Below are positions 62,448 to 64,000 of a DNA stretch of 64,000 nt, in pieces. The translations under genes were made by a program, and so were the position numbers. Position 1 is the first letter of the stretch. Every line of letters begins with the position of its first letter. This DNA comes from the human T2T-CHM13v2.0 reference genome, Homo sapiens: the NCBI RefSeq assembly GCF_009914755.1, contig NC_060928.1. One strand, 5' to 3'. The notes under the pieces were generated by a model that was not told the origin of the DNA, did not search any database, and saw only the letters and a program-made list of their open reading frames with translations.

Positions 62448-62923
62448 TTAGTAGAAGACCAAATGCACCAATGGTACCAGTATTTTCCACCTTCGTGTAT
62501 CCATGTCATTTGGTGGACTCTTTCAGTGACTCTCTGGTCTTGAGCATGACACTTGTGTTAGCCAATGGGTCAATAGCAAACTTGATGCAAACAAAGACTT
62601 GAAAAAGTACTTGAATATTTCCAGCTTTTCCCTTGGGCTCTCTCAACTGCCTGAGAACATGTCCAGACTATCCTGCTGGAGGATGAGACACACGGAGCAG
62701 AGCCAGTTACCCAGCCAAAGCCATCCTAGACCATCCAACAGCCAGAAGACCACTAGACATGTGATAGTCAGCCTCAGCCAAGACCATAACTGCCCAGCCA
62801 AGCACATCCAAGATCAGCAAAACTCCCCAGGCAACCCACAGATTTATGAGGAATAATAAATGGTTACTGTTTCAAGTCACTAAGTTTGGGGGGTTTTTTA
62901 ATATGGAAATAGTTAATTGACAT
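62448..62923 (+). mobile_element. MLT1G/H-like LTR
   Basis: agccaatggg..gacttgaaaaagtacttg..cctgctggaggatgagac..aataaatggttactgtttcaagtcactaagtttgggg. Confidence 0.72.
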
Positions 62924-63019
62924 GCCCCTCTTGGAGATTCCCATATATAACTATGATCTTCCAAACTTCTTTTACCATGGAACATTTTAAGAGTATAATT
63001 CCACAGACAATACTCTAGG

Positions 63020-63480
63020 GAAACACTAGATTTTTAAAAAATGTAATAATAGAAGTGCTACAGGGTGCCAATTTTAGAGATATAACAAAGAAAAGACAAT
63101 GTGGATTTGATGACTGAATGTTTTGGGGAAGAACAGGAAGTAAAACCAATAACATGTGTTTAAAATCCTGAACACTTGAGAAGACTGTGGTATTAATGAC
63201 AGAATTAGGCAACTAAGGAAGAGTGGGTTTAAGGGGAAAAAGTTGTGATACAGTTTGAGATATTAAACCTGAAGGAAATGCACTACCTCCAGGAAGTGAG
63301 ATCCTGCAAGCATTAGAAAAGCACAAATGATGCCGAAGGAGAGGTTGCATTGTCCTGTAGATTCTAAATGGTGAACACCTGACCCATGAAAGGAGCCCAT
63401 GCACAGGATGAGAGTCAAGGGCTAATTAAGGAGTCTCAGATAGGTGTAATATAGGTGGCCACAATATGCAGAGGCCAACA
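63020..63480 (-). mobile_element. L2 fragment
   Basis: ggatttgatgactgaatg..aggaagagtgggtttaagggg..cagtttgagatatt. Confidence 0.45.
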
Positions 63481-64000
63481 GTGGGAAAATGACTTCTCAA
63501 GGCCAATAGCAGAGTTGAGTCTCTAACTCAGACTTTTGATTTCTTCGTCACCTTACCACACTGCTCATGAGTCATTTAGCCACTAATTAGATATTGGCTC
63601 ACTGGAGGGCATCCAACCAAGATGGTAACCTAATTGGAATCATATTGCATGAAGAACACTTAAAATCATTGAACTTGAAGAAAGGGAGGTAAAGTTGTTG
63701 GGTGGGGGGAAGGCTGAAAATTACCTTTGGATATCTGAAAGGCTCTTGCATGTGGAAAACAGAGCAGAAATAGTCACTGTTGCTCAGAGAATTATTCTAA
63801 TGCCATGTGAAGCCATGGCCCCCTTCCCTAGGAGCAGTCCAGCAAAAGTGGTGTGGCCATCTGCCAAGGACGTGCAGATGGATCAGAAATAGAGTGAGAG
63901 AGTGAGTTAAAACACTCTCAAGTCTTATTCCAAATCTCTGATCCTGCAGTCTACAAACAGATCTTTTCTAGTCTCCTTTTCTAGTTTTGACTATCTGCAA

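Overview
Primate (most likely human or great ape) non-coding DNA dominated by interspersed repeats; I recognise no host exon, RNA gene or CRISPR array. Bases 1-20200 are a nested stack of + strand LINE-1s. An old L1MA8/9-like host contains an L1MA2/3-like insert (itself holding an AluY), a THE1 solo LTR and a near full-length L1MC1-like element. The L1MC1 in turn holds a near full-length but coding-dead L1PA2-like element, two inverted Alus and an Hsmar1 mariner fragment. Bases 20200-64000 are a mosaic of MIR, L2, MaLR/ERVL LTRs, MER DNA transposons, Alus and short L1 ends, including two complete head-to-head THE1 elements (36989-41640). I cannot support a new biological system here. The most interesting signals are rearrangement footprints (fold-back duplication around inverted Alus, templated insertions, a perfect palindrome overlapping a mismatched TSD) and regulatory features of the L1PA2 (clipped YY1 site, open ORF0). 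Subfamily names come from my recollection of consensus sequences, not from a database search; boundaries without TSDs are approximate.
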